Of a stretch of 64,000 nt of DNA, positions 1 through 12,267 are shown piece after piece. Both the position numbers and the translations under genes were made by a program. The stretch lies in NCBI GenBank assembly GCA_907165135.1, contig OU015568.1, positions 1,364,001-1,428,000 of the forward strand, in the 5' to 3' direction. Below the pieces are notes generated by a model. The model saw only the letters and a list, made by a program, of their open reading frames with translations, was not told where the DNA came from and ran no database searches. Source of the stretch: Oikopleura dioica (Eukaryota; Animalia; Chordata). How positions within the stretch are numbered: the first letter of the stretch is position 1; the number at the start of each line of letters is the position of its first letter.

Positions 1-1
1 C

Positions 2-822
2 GAAGTCAACAAATGGATGGCAAAAGGCAACTCCCTCATTGACGCGGCGAAAAAGATGGCCTTGCTCATGGCAGAAATGTCAAGATTAGTCCAAGAAGGT
101 GGGGATAAACGTGAGCTGATCAGATGCGCCCATGAAATTGTCAAATATGGACAGCTTGTGGCCAAATTATCAAGAGAAATTTCTGCCAAGGTAGGAGGAA
201 CAAGATCAGAAAGGGTCTACGGTTGTTATAGTGCACGGATAAGAGGATCAAGAACAACATGACTGGATCATCTCAAAACATCGAAACGATCGCAACGCAA
301 TTCAGAATTCTCTCCACCGTCAAAGCCACCATGCTCAGTAAGTCCTCTTTCGATTGAAAAATGCATCTTTCAGTAACTAACATTCCATTACTTACTAACC
401 ATTTCTAGCAACTGAGCCAGAAGTGCCAGTTTTAGCAGTGGCGCCTATTGGCGAGCCAGATGACGGTAGATATTCCCATGATTCTAATATTTTTACAAAG
501 TCACTCTTTTATGATTTCACCGCTCTTTTTGACCATCAATCGGTCTTTCAAAGCTCTAAAATGACCCTCTGAGGGTTGTTCTTTGAAAATAAATAAAATT
601 TTAGACGCCAAAGACGTTTCCGACGATGAAGCCGCCCAAGCTCACGAAATGCTTGTCCACAACGCTCAGAACTTGATGAAATACGTCAAGGAAGTCGTCC
701 GAGAAGCCAACGCTGCCAACATCAAAATTCGAGCAGACACCGGTCTCACGATCAAGTGGATTCCCAAAGACCAACAAGTCAAGCAGAGAAAGCGCAAGAC
801 GCGAAAATCTCAGCCAAACTAA
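2..822 (+). CDS. VCL: Vinculin, 3' part (tail domain); gene truncated by window start
   Basis: Spliced exons 2-190, 232-337 and 607-822 give [27 protein letters not shown]...CTDKRIK...[13 protein letters not shown]...[20 protein letters not shown]...[14 protein letters not shown]. This matches the vinculin tail from recall. GT-AG introns. Confidence 0.93.
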
Positions 823-2153
823 AAGAAAATCTTTTGAAACCGACGAGAAATGCATCATTCGAGCCAAGCATGGCCAGAGAAGCCGTAAAACGGCAGTATT
901 TTATTGAAAATTCAACAACTTCACAACTTTGCCTTACTACCAAAAATACGTCTATGAAATTTTTTATTCTCAACCCGACAACTTCAATTCAAAAAACTCC
1001 CCCAAAAAACCAACTTATTTCGATTATATTCCGAGCCTATACCTTATCAATTTTTGTTATTTTTTTCCTGCACCGCTTCCTGAAAAATAATTTACTTCAC
1101 AGCATGACCTCAACACAAAACTTATCATTTACAGTATGATTCTTATCTTTTGTTTAACTCCCTTTTTAAGTTACTGCTTCTGTCTCCTTTTCAAATTCTA
1201 AGTTAAAAAACGAGTTCAAATTATTCTGAAAAAAAAACATCGCCAAATTCTACAAAATAAAAATAAACTTCTAATAAAAGCTTCAATTTGAGAAAATAAA
1301 AATCTTAAAATGAGATTTTTCATTTGGAGTCGATATGCAATGAAAAAACAGTTTTTGAGTTTTTAAAATCAAAAAAGTCGCATTTGCCTTGTGAGGGTAA
1401 CTGAAAAAGTAGTCTTTTCTAGAGCAAATTTAGCAAAAATAAGCAAATTCTCCGCAGATCTGTTTTCAAACAAGCGCAAAAAGGCACTTTTTCTCTAGAG
1501 CTTGAATTGTTATCACGGCAAAATCCTCGTTTTTCAGTCAGTTCATTGCCTTTGCATGAGCAAGTCACAGTCCGGCGCCGTTTTACATCAGATAATTTCA
1601 AATTTCAATACTGTCGACCTAATTTTGTTTTGTTTTGTTTGAAATTTCAGACGATGATGAAATCGAGAGCTCAAAAAGAGTTGCCATCGTTCAACTTCAT
1701 CCTCCAAGGAAGAAAAGATCGCGAACAAGGAAATCATTCCTGAGCTAATCGACTTTCTGTAAAAAGAACACGACACAATATTTCAATCCCACATTTCGAT
1801 TTTTATGAAACTAAAAAAACAAAACTTGGTTTCATAAACTCCTGTGTTTCCTTGTTGTTTGACAAAGCTTATTAAGATAATTACGAGTTTCAATTTTAAC
1901 GATCCAGTGACGCAGGGATAGTTTCAGAGCTAAAAAAATAAAGTCGCAAAGTAAAGAAATCAGGCAGCATGAATTTAAGTTTTTGAAGAGATAAAGTAAA
2001 AGAAAATATGACGAGTGTTGTAACATCATTTTTCCAAGCAATGGGGTTTTCATCAAGAACGAGTATATGCGAACTTGATAATCCTGCCGTTGCTCAATAT
2101 TATGGAACAAACCGAAAACTTATGCACGACAGGTAAACCCGTCAACATTCCTA

Positions 2154-3337
2154 AAACGTTCATAGACTCCAAGGTGCTATTTTTGCTCCTGCTGGCCATG
2201 CATGAGCGATGTTCTGTTTCTCCTCGATCAATCAGCTCTCGTTGATCCAGTTGCTTGTGGATCTCCCTTGACTGAATTCGGCTTTCCAACAGACAGTAAG
2301 AACGACGAATTTTTCAACGAATAAATTGAAATAGACAATAAAAAATGGTACGAAGGATCAAAAGCGCAGATCGACTTTGCTCTGGCAACGATTCGTCAGA
2401 TGGATCCAGCTCGAATCAAGTCTCAATCTGTTAAAATTGCCTTTGCGTTTTACGGCGATGATTCTTCGTACAAAACTGTTGTCGATTTCGACGACTGGGG
2501 AATGTAAACTTTATCGTTATTCATCCCATTTTATGTTCTCTAGAAACATCGACGATCTGCAGTGCAAGCTGTACGGACATGAAGCCTACCCATGTGGCGA
2601 TAACATGGATGAAATCGAATTTCTACGAAAGCCTCTGTGTGGAACTGGAGGGTTAAAAGAAGCAATCATTCAGTCTGCTAGCTATGAGCACCAAAGTGTA
2701 AGATCTTTGACCTAAGTCAGGATCAAAAATCTCAGAATTAATTCCTATCATATTCTAGTGGAGAAAATGGGATCCTTATCATCCAGATGTCAAAATCCGA
2801 ACCCCGATTGCGAAAATCCTCGCTCTCACCGCCGGAGACGTCTTTGTAGGAAAATCGTTTGAGAATGAAGCGGAACTGCTCAATTTCATGCGCCCGATTC
2901 ATGACCCGATTAATGACGGCTTCGACTTTGTGTTTCCAGTTGGAATGGCGACGGGCGAACGGTTCGGGGAGATTGAGTTTGAGCGGACGAAGGAGGAGGA
3001 TAATCAGTTTTGGCGGGGGATGAATATTATTGGATGTCTGAATCCAGAAGCTTGTGATTATACTCTGATGGCTTCTCCGTCTGGTGAAAATGGTAAGAAA
3101 GGGTTAGATCCGAAGGTTTTTTAAAAGAGCCATTCTTCAGAAAACGGCGTGGATCCATTTCAATTCTTGACAAAACTAATGGACGATGCATTTTGGGACA
3201 AATACTTCTGCTATTACCGCCACTGGAATTTCTTCTGCGATATTCAACCCTTCGAACGAACCCAATTTGACATCGCGCGATCTGTTAGAAATAAGCGATC
3301 AACTAAAAGGATCGGATTTGAAATCATTTTTGTCTAA
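2154..3337 (+). CDS. VWA-domain-like protein (5' end unresolved)
   Basis: Joined exons give SDVLFLLDQSALV (VWA beta-1), VKIAFAFYGDDSSYKTVVDF, AKILALTAGD and FVFPVGM, in the order expected for a VWA fold. Stop at 3335-3337. Confidence 0.6.
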
Positions 3338-4067
3338 AAGGGGGCTTTTAAAACTTTTTTTCAGACCATTACTTGCTCTTTTTGACGTCAATTTTGACGT
3401 TTTTTTTTGACATTAATTTTCAATTGCTAATTTCTCGCAATATACAGTTTACTCAGCGAGTCGTGCGAATTCTAAGATGGCACCAGCGATCTAGTAGAGT
3501 AATTGTCAATTACTCTAAATATTACTCTAAATTACTAATTGACATTGTTTTGAATCGAAGAAAAGGAATGGATACAAGCCAAATAGCTGTTGCGGTCACA
3601 TACCGTACAATGATCAACATGAAAGCTGCTGTTCTCCGGGTCATGTTCAGGAACGGTTCATTTTCTTACAATTGCTGTAGATTTAATGCGTGCTTTTGAA
3701 TTTGCTATTTAGAGAAAATTTAGCTATCTTTTTGGACGATTTTGAACCAGGAAAGCTTTTGGGAGAATGCTCGAATACAGTTAGATCTGGCGACGATGCT
3801 TTGTAAATTTCACTGCTTTTGTCTGAATAAATGCATAAACTCAACTATCGTTCTAAAGTTTCAATTGTCCGATTTATCCAAACTCAAGTGGCGGGTTGTT
3901 GGCAATATTTCGGGAGATATCTTTGATTGGAGATTAATGAATTCAAATGAAGGTCTATCGAGGCGCTCATATAAAGAAAACGAGAACGGGCAACATAATA
4001 TATTTTCAGAAAAAAACGCTTGAGAATTTAAGAAAATCAAACTTTTTACTTGTTCAAAATAGTCAAC

Positions 4068-4352
4068 ATGAAAATCTTTCAATTTTTTCTCCTTGGTTTT
4101 TCCAGCGCCGGGCGATTGACGATCGAAGAGGAGCTGAATTTGGCTAAAGCGGTTGTTGGTAAGCTGTTGCTGGTCTCGGTGAGTCTTTACAGGATTCTAG
4201 AGGCGGAACGATTCTTGACAAATATGGGTCGAACATTTTACGGGACGACGATGCCCGACTACGGAAAATACGAAAAATACGCCGAAGAATTGAGTGAAAA
4301 GATGAAAAGTAACAAACAGCTCAATGAAATGATCGAATTGTACCTAAAGTAG
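4068..4352 (+). CDS. Small putative secreted protein, unknown function
   Basis: ORF MKIFQFFLLGFSSAGRL... has a signal-peptide-like start; AATAAA at about 4368. No family recognised. Confidence 0.4.
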   Translation: MKIFQFFLLGFSSAGRLTIEEELNLAKAVVGKLLLVSVSLYRILEAERFLTNMGRTFYGTTMPDYGKYEKYAEELSEKMKSNKQLNEMIELYLK

Positions 4353-4497
4353 TTCAAAAATCATTTGAATAAAACTCATCCCAAAGCATAAACTGTGCAT
4401 GTTCCAATATCAAATGATATTGCCGAGCTCGTCAATTTATCATAAACATTCGTTTTTCATCTCACGAATATAATATTGCTCTTGGTGCAATATTTAA

Positions 4498-5250
4498 GGG
4501 ACCCCGCCGACCGAGCTCCGCGCGCGCCTTCCGCTCTTTTTCACTCTCACTCTTTAGCTGGTTTAAATTTTTCGGTTATCGTAATTTTTTGTACACTAAC
4601 TAATCTTTTCATGTTCTTTCATCTACATTTCTTAAAATTTTCATAGCTTATCGCTACGCTGCGTTAGAGCGAAAACATTGGCGCTCGATTTCAAGTGTAC
4701 ATAAGTCCTCGAAATATTCGGATTGACACTTCGAGACTGCCCTCATTGAAAAGCCCGTGCCTTCTTGCATAAGGCCTACTTATTGAGATTTCCTGGAAGC
4801 GTTTACTTATCTGATTATCGTGGGATTAATGCGGGTTACCTGGAGCGCTCGGCGTGAAACACGGCCATTTTACACTGTTGGCGCGGGATTCCCGCTGCGC
4901 TGGTCAGAAGAACCTGTATAAACCGCTCGATTACGAGAGCTGCATAAATTTTAATTAAATCTCAATAAGTAAGCTTTATGAAAGAAGGCTCGAGCTTTTC
5001 AGTGAGGGCAGTCTCGAAGTGTCAGTCCGAATATTTCGAGTACTTATGTACACTTGAAAGAGAGCGCCGACGTTTTCGCCCTTACTCAGCGTAACGATAA
5101 GCTATGAAAATTTTAAGAAATGTATATGAAAGAGCATAAAAAGTTTAGTTAGTATACAAAAAAATACGATAATCGAAAAAATTAAACCAGCTGAAGAGTG
5201 AGAGTGAAAAAGGGCGAGAAGCGCGCGCGGAGCTCGGTCGGCGGGGTCCC
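4498..5250. mobile_element. Non-autonomous DNA transposon (MITE), TTAA TSD, ~290-bp TIRs, Kolobok-like GGG...CCC ends
   Basis: TTAA|GGGACCCCGCCGACCGAGCTCCGCGCGCG ... CGCGCGCGGAGCTCGGTCGGCGGGGTCCC|TTAA. The arms match imperfectly over about 290 bp. Confidence 0.92.
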
Positions 5251-6847
5251 TTAAATCAATCATATCATGAGAAAAGCAAGTGCAAGAATAATTGATTTTG
5301 TCAATTATTTTGATGCAACAGACTGAATACCGTCTTCAATACGGCGAATGGAATCGAATAAGTTCATTTCTATTACAAAGATATTAATTATTATCAATTT
5401 ATTGACCAGGAGAGACACATTCAAAGGAGACCTTTTATTCTGTGACGTCCATTTTCTCTTTTTTCACTCATAAAAAGACTCTTATAGAAGTTTGATCAGT
5501 AAGATCGCCCAGAATATTCGAAAAACTATCGATCAAGGTACCAATTTTCGATTCTACAGGGAATAGAAAATGATCAAATTGGGGAAATATACATTTCAGA
5601 GAATCATCTTCACGAAGATGACAAACACGGAGAAATGCGAGTTTCATATGACCGGGATAACGGTCGAATGAAATTTTATATTGCCTGAGTAAACGACCAA
5701 ATAAAGCATTTATTATTTCTGTCTCTTTCTAGAGCTTAGTGTTTATCCTTTCTTTTCCACTTGACTTAAGACAAAATACGATTACAGTATGTTGAGAACA
5801 GTATCGAAAATGATCGGCAAAGGACAACAGTACATTCCACAGAGATTTCTCCCAATTCCTCGTAAGTACTGTCAAAGCTTTATCACAGTCATCGTCAGGC
5901 ATTTAGTGCATGAACTCTTGAGCTTAGCAGCTTCTGCTTTTAGAAATATAAGTTCTTGGTTATCAAACAATCGAATTTCCTTCCCAACCGCATCCGAGAG
6001 AGAACAGAGCATAAAAAATAAATTTCAAAACAGAGATGCGCATCATTGAACAGCTGTTTATCCAACAAAACCTCGAAAAAAGTTTGCCAACCGCAAGAGG
6101 CAGCAATTTTTCACCTTATAAAAACTCCCCTTCATCCCTTTTCTTCAAATAACAACTTGCAAATCCCACAAAAAAGTACCTTTTTCAAAAGCCCTCGAGG
6201 AAAGCTCGCAAAGCTTGAGTAAATACAGGTATTTGAAAAGAGCAAACGAACTTTGTTGTTTGAAAAGCAGCGATTGTAAATTTTGGAGGACAAGGGTCGA
6301 GCAAATACAGTAAAACCCGCGCTTTTTCGGACAGTACAGAGAGAGGATGTTGACCCCCTTAACATAGTTTCAGCTTTCGACTAGATTTTCTGTAGAATCC
6401 AAAAGAAAACGTCGAATAAATCGTTTTGAGAAAAAAAAAACCAAAAACCAGTTTTGACTAGTTTCATCAATCCTTTCCCACCTCCACCACCAAACCACCA
6501 AATCCATCACCTCTAAAATCCTCAAATTTTGCCCCGAAGAGATTCCGCCCCTCGAAAGGTGGCTCGTTCTTCGTGCACGAGGAGCGTGTAGGCGGCTGAG
6601 CGTGAGCATTGATTGGCCAGAATACATTTAGAGGATTTTCGCAGAAGCAGAATTGAGGAATTGCGAGAACTGGAGTCCATCTTTTCCACTTATTTTATTT
6701 GCCTGAACAAAGTCCCCCTCAAAATAGAGAATCCATGACCCCATTCTTCTAACCTTTAACCCTTCCAGTAAAAATTTAACCAGCTGCTGGTTTAAAACCA
6801 TTCGAACGCGGCAAATCTTGTTGGCCAAAGCCCCCTAAAAATGGCTT

Positions 6848-6853
6848 TTTCAG
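6848..6853 (+). promoter_or_regulatory. TTTCAG acceptor upstream of MAT ATG (candidate SL trans-splice site)
   Basis: TTTTTCAG lies 8 nt before the ATG at 6862. Trans-splicing is inferred from the organism assignment; a cis 5' UTR intron is not excluded. Confidence 0.45.
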
Positions 6854-6861
6854 ATTCGACA

Positions 6862-8513
6862 ATGAGTGAGAACAGCTTCCTCTTCACTTCAGAATCCGTC
6901 GGTGAAGTAAGTACAGAAATACCCAGTAAAATACATGTAGAGATAAAAAGAGAAGAAATAGCGGAAATGGAGTTTTATTACCCTCTCATTGCGTAATAAA
7001 AATGAGCACGTGAGTCTGAAAACGACTCTATTCTCTGTTCAAGTCCAGTTTTTACGGTCCACATCCGTTATATTCGGCTTTCTCGCTGCCCTTTAAATTT
7101 CGGAATAGTCTTAGAATAAAATTCTCACTCTTGTACTTGAAATCGTTCTAATTCTTACATGCGTTTTTCAGGGACACCCAGACAAGATCTGCGACCAGAT
7201 CTCAGACGCCATCCTCGATGCCCACCTCGAACAGGATCCCCGTGCCAAGGTCGCTTGCGAGACTTTCGCCAAGACTGGTTACATCATGGTCGGTGGTGAG
7301 ATCAACTCCAACGCCAATGTCAACTACCAAAAAGTCATCCGCGAGACCATCAAGGTATTAAAAATCTCCCTCTTGTCCTTCTTAAAATTTTCTTCAGCGA
7401 ATTGGCTACGATTCCGATGAAAAGGGATTGAACTACTTCACCTGCGCTGTCCAGAACGGCCTGGAGCAACAGTCGCCCGATATTGCCCAGGGAGTCCACG
7501 AGAACCGATCCGATGAAGACGTCGGAGCCGGTGATCAAGGACTGATGTTCGGATACGCCACCGACGAAACTGAAGAGAAGATGCCTCTCACTCTCATGCT
7601 CGCCCACAAGCTCAACATCCGAGTAAGTCTTGTTTCTCTTTCCTTAGTCCCTGTTGTTCTCAACCAGTTTCTTACCCCCTTCTTCAGATGGCCGAACTCC
7701 GAAGATCTGGTGAAGAGAAATGGATTCGACCAGACTCAAAGACCCAGGTCACCATTGAGCACAAGATCATCGGAGGAGCTGTCGTCCCCATCCGAGTCCA
7801 CACAATCGTCATCTCCGTCCAGCACGCCGACTACATCACCAATGAAGAGATGCGAGCCATCCTCAAAGAAAAGGTAACCACTTCCTCCCTCTCTTCTTTC
7901 CTAACCATCTCTAGGTTGTAAACCAAGTCGTCCCCGCCAAGATGCTCGACGAGAACACAATCTACCACATCCAGCCCTCCGGCCGCTTCGTCATCGGTGG
8001 CCCACAGTCCGACGCTGGTCTCACCGGCCGTAAGATCATTGTTGACACTTACGGCGGCTGGGGAGCCCACGGTGGTGGCGCCTTCTCCGGCAAGGACTAC
8101 ACCAAGGTCGACAGATCTGCTGCCTACGCCGCCAGATGGGTTGCCAAATCCCTCGTCAGCGCTGGTCTCTGCCGACGAGTCCTCGTTCAGGTCTCCTACG
8201 CCATCGGTGTTTCACATCCTCTTTCTCTTCATGTTGAAACCTACGGCTCCGGACGAATCCCAGGTAATTTATCACAGCAATTTCAGCTTCTAACTCGCCT
8301 TTTTCAGATTCCCTGATCAAGTCGGTCATCGAAGATAACTTCGACCTCCGACCCGGCCGCATCGTCAAAGACCTCCAGCTGGACAAGCCTATCTACTCCA
8401 AGACCGCCAGCTTCGGTCACTTCGGCCGCAAGGGATTCACCTGGGAAGAGCCCAAGACCCTCGACTTCAACGATAACGTCAAGGCTGCCTTGGCCGCCGC
8501 CCCCGGCAACTAA
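6862..8513 (+). CDS. MAT: S-adenosylmethionine synthetase (methionine adenosyltransferase)
   Basis: [10 protein letters not shown]|[28 protein letters not shown] and [23 protein letters not shown] signatures; multiple GT-AG introns; stop 8511-8513. Confidence 0.98.
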
Positions 8514-11184
8514 ATCAAAGCAAGTACCAACTGTCAGCATCCTGATTGCAGCCGTTTTTCAAAAACTGTCCAAAAATGAAATCAGTGCAGCCGTGCTCCG
8601 CCCAATTTTTTCCCAGGAGGCGTTTTAGAGCTCTGCCTGTTTTTCGAACTCATCTTTTCCAACTTTCTATTCACTATTTTTAATTCAAATTTTGAATTTT
8701 TTCAAATCGATTGCAGTTCTTTCGGCCACAGCCCGGGTTCGTCGAGCGTCTTTATTTTAGACCAGCCACAGCTCATTTATTCTGGCTCAGCCCGGGCTAC
8801 GGTGCGGTTCTCTTCACACATGTCTATATCCTATTTACACCTGTGTTGGTGACCCTCAAGGTCGCTCCCTTTCTGGGGTCATCAACATTAGCTGTAAAGC
8901 TCGGTGTTAGAGTGTCTGAAGGGAGCCCCCGTGTTTCAAATTTCACACAAACCCGCGTTTTTCCCATTTACACTACGTTTACTTCTGTTTTCAAAAACAT
9001 CTGTTTATCTGCTCCTCTCATTTATCTCCTCTTTCATTTCGGCCTGACCTTATAGTCGTGCGTTCTATACCAGTGAGTGGCACTTCGCACATATTCCCGA
9101 AGGGAGGGTGCCATTCTCTCAATAAGGTCCCAAATTATTCTGTTTACTGCAAAATCGAAATACAAAATCAATTATCGACCACTCTAATTTCAAATTTGAA
9201 GCCTCTCTGTCTTCAACTTACGTCTTTTCAATGTTTTCATACATCTTTTACCGCAGGCTAGAATTTTAACGCAAACAATGGCAAGTTTGATCATGACAGT
9301 CATTTCCAATCGTAAAATTTTTACGGTAAAAACGTCTTGTACGGCAGTTACACTCTATGACTCGTAGACTATGACAGAGGCAGGGATTGTGATGTCACTT
9401 AGAGAGGCAATAAAATCAGGTGACGATTTGAAAAATTGAAACATCGGTGAGCATGTTTCTCATTAATCTTATCATGAAAAAGATGAGACAGATTGTCCAT
9501 CTCTTAAACTCATGCGTAGCTACGTTGACAGCTGCGAATCGTAACTTACGATTCGTAAGAAATGACGTTCAAGATCACCTCAACGAGTAAATCACTTCCG
9601 AAAAGACATAAAATTGGCAACTAAAAAACGTGCAAACGATGACGACGATGATTGACTCAAGCGCCGACGTGGCAGGATACTTGATCCTCGAATCCAGGAC
9701 TCATGAATGCGCGGAGGGCTTGAAAAACCATGACGTATAAAATGGTAAGTAGGGACCCTAACTTTAAGTTCACTGAACCAAAAGTTCAGGTTTGACTGCC
9801 TAGTTCAGTCACAAGTTCCTAGTTCAGACAAAGGCGCGAAACGGAACAATATTGGTTCTATATTTGATGTTATCGACATAAAGCATAAATACAGTAGTCA
9901 AAGGGTCTTTGAATAACAAAAAGCTTCCGTTTCATTCAAAAATATTATGTAATAGACGATGTCAAAAAAGTATTCTTTACGACTTCAACTCGTCTTGGGT
10001 TATTGTTGTCTCCGCCCTAGCGGAAAATTTCCGTGGCCTGCTGGGTAGCTATGTCATTCCTTCGCACATAATGAAAAGGGAAAATCGAGTTGTTATAAAC
10101 TCCCTCCCGTTCTTTAAATTACACAGATTTACTGAATACTTAAAACGCTAATAAGCCGATTTCTCCAAGAAAATGCAAGAGTACGACATCTACTGCTACA
10201 GAGAAATGAGCGAGGATGAGATGGACTTCGAACTCATGAGTTGTGAACTCGATGATTTGGAATTAAAATAACTATGGGCCATAGTCTATCGTCGGTCTGA
10301 CATGATAGACGAAAAGTTTATCGCTTCTTTTACCATTCTGCTTGCACACTTCCCACCTTTTCCAACTGTAAATATCTGACTGAAAGAATAAATATCTTGA
10401 AAATCAATTTAATTGTGGCTTTAGATATTGAGAGGCCTAATAAAAATTCAAACATTCACGCGCTCATGAAATTGATCATTTCTAGATGAGAATCTTAGTT
10501 AAATTTAACGATTTATCAAAATGCTAATTAAAGCATCATATTCAATTGATCACCATTCAGAATGGTCCATTCTAGTTTAAAAATTTGATGCGGTCTTTCA
10601 TGGCTAGTGGCGGTCAATGAAGAGGAAGTAAAAATGGTTGGGCTTCAAATCTCACCATAAAGATTCATTCAAAATCTTCATGAGAGGAAACATAAGAATT
10701 ATTTTCGGGCCAACTGACCACATCAAGTACTAATTTTTCAGAAATAATAGCCAAGTTTATCTTGAGCCGATAAAAACGAAACAACAATAAATGCTTTTGA
10801 ACTTTATTTGGAAACAGACATTCGTTCGAATCGCTTGATTTTCTCCGCTAGAGCTGCCATGTCGGGCTCTACTCTTGATTTTCGACGGATTTCTTGATGT
10901 TCAGTTTTTGGAGTTTCAAAAGTTTCGAAAGTTGCATATGTTGAGTTCTTCGAAACTCGGGAGTAGAGAGGTCGAATGTGAACACTTGATCTTCTTGGAC
11001 GGTATTCTCCGGCGATTGAGAGGTCTAAAATGCGATGTTTTCGGAATAAAATGCTCTTTGACGCTCTTATTTATAATGAAAAGAAATCTCTAAAGGACTA
11101 AAACCTGCAAAACTCTTCTGAATTGGATCCCATCGACTCATCTTCACGATATCTGAAGCCATTTTTCCGCTCTCGCCTTTCTCC

Positions 11185-11716
11185 GGGTACCCTCCCAATC
11201 CCTGGGCAAAATCGAAAATCCAGGGATTCGGAGGGTCAAATCCAAAATGTTCTAGAAATAGCTTTTAGCTGTTTTAAATCAGATTCATTGATTAGTTTTC
11301 TCTAAAAATTTGTTAGGGTTGAAAGCAAAACAACTTTAGCGTACTTGTTAAATGCTCTAATGTAATATTTGTGACTCACAAATTGTGAGCGTATACTATT
11401 GATTAACTTGAAATGATTTTTAAGCCTTAAAATCTTCATTTATATCGTCTGATAATTATTTTGAAAAAATGTGGGTTGGAAAATTACTTTTTGCCTTCAT
11501 TCAATTTTCCTCTTTTTAGGGTTAGTGTTTAATCAAATATGACATACAAGCTATCTTATAATATGCGTAAATTTTTGATATATTTTGAAAAATGATAAAT
11601 GAAAGGTGTTTTTTGATCATTTGTAGGGGTTTTCTAGAACATCACCCTCCGAATCCCTGGATTTTTGCCAAAAACCCAGGGATTCGGAGGGTGCCCAGGG
11701 ATTCGGAGGGTCACCC
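11185..11716. mobile_element. hAT-like MITE, copy 1 (~530 bp, 8-bp TSD CTTTCTCC)
   Basis: Ends GGGTACCCTCCCAATCCCTGGG / CCCAGGGATTCGGAGGGTCACCC, with repeated subterminal CCAGGGATTCGGAGGGT. A second copy lies at 36527-37047. Boundaries are +/-1 bp. Confidence 0.88.
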
Positions 11717-12054
11717 CCTTTCTCCCCGGCCGCAATTTCAAATAATCGAAGGCCACTTACAAAAATTACAAAGAAAAATCGCGCACAGAAGCGTTTCTAT
11801 TATTTTTGACCTCGTGCTCGATAATCATTTTGGAGCTTCTTTATTTGAGCAACACTCGATAGTCGTCCGGAATAATGACAATCAGCGGAAATCATTGTAA
11901 ATAGCAACACCATTCAAGCCAGTCAAAATTAACCAAAGATAAGCCATTAATCTGTCAATGGATTTACAATGCTTTCCAGCGAATGTACACTGTAGAAGTA
12001 GATCGAACGACTCCTCTGCTTTCGTCTAGCTTTGACTTTATTTACAAATAAGTT

Positions 12055-12267
12055 TCAGAGAGAGAATTGACTTTTAAACTCTTCATCAATCGGGTAATCT
12101 TCTCCGTACTCATCCGGGCCGTACTCATAGTCGAGCATTTTGAAGAAAGCGGGATCCTCCTCTTCGAGATATTCAAAAAACTTCTCCATGTCGCCCAGCT
12201 GGCCAAATGTACTGGGCTGAGCCGAGATCGCGAAAATAGCGAAGCCGAAAAATGTGAAAATATTCAT
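12055..12267 (-). CDS. 70-aa secreted acidic, Tyr-rich peptide precursor (single exon)
   Basis: MNIFTFFGFAIFAISA signal-peptide-like start, then an acidic body; AATAAA about 12 nt after the stop. Confidence 0.6.
   Translation of the reverse strand: MNIFTFFGFAIFAISAQPSTFGQLGDMEKFFEYLEEEDPAFFKMLDYEYGPDEYGEDYPIDEEFKSQFSL

Noticed and set aside
5280-6050. Exon-like fragments and a signal-peptide-like minus-strand ORF (MMRISVLKF...)
   Set aside because: No consistent spliced model or family motif; a saposin-like reading needs an implausibly short intron.
7350-8540. Long antisense ORFs over MAT (and similarly over ANT at 24967-25326)
   Set aside because: They are expected shadows of strong C-ending codon bias in highly expressed genes.
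10800-11180. Possible minus-strand gene ending ...LAEKIKRFERMSVSK*
   Set aside because: Upstream exons could not be joined in frame and no homology was recognised.
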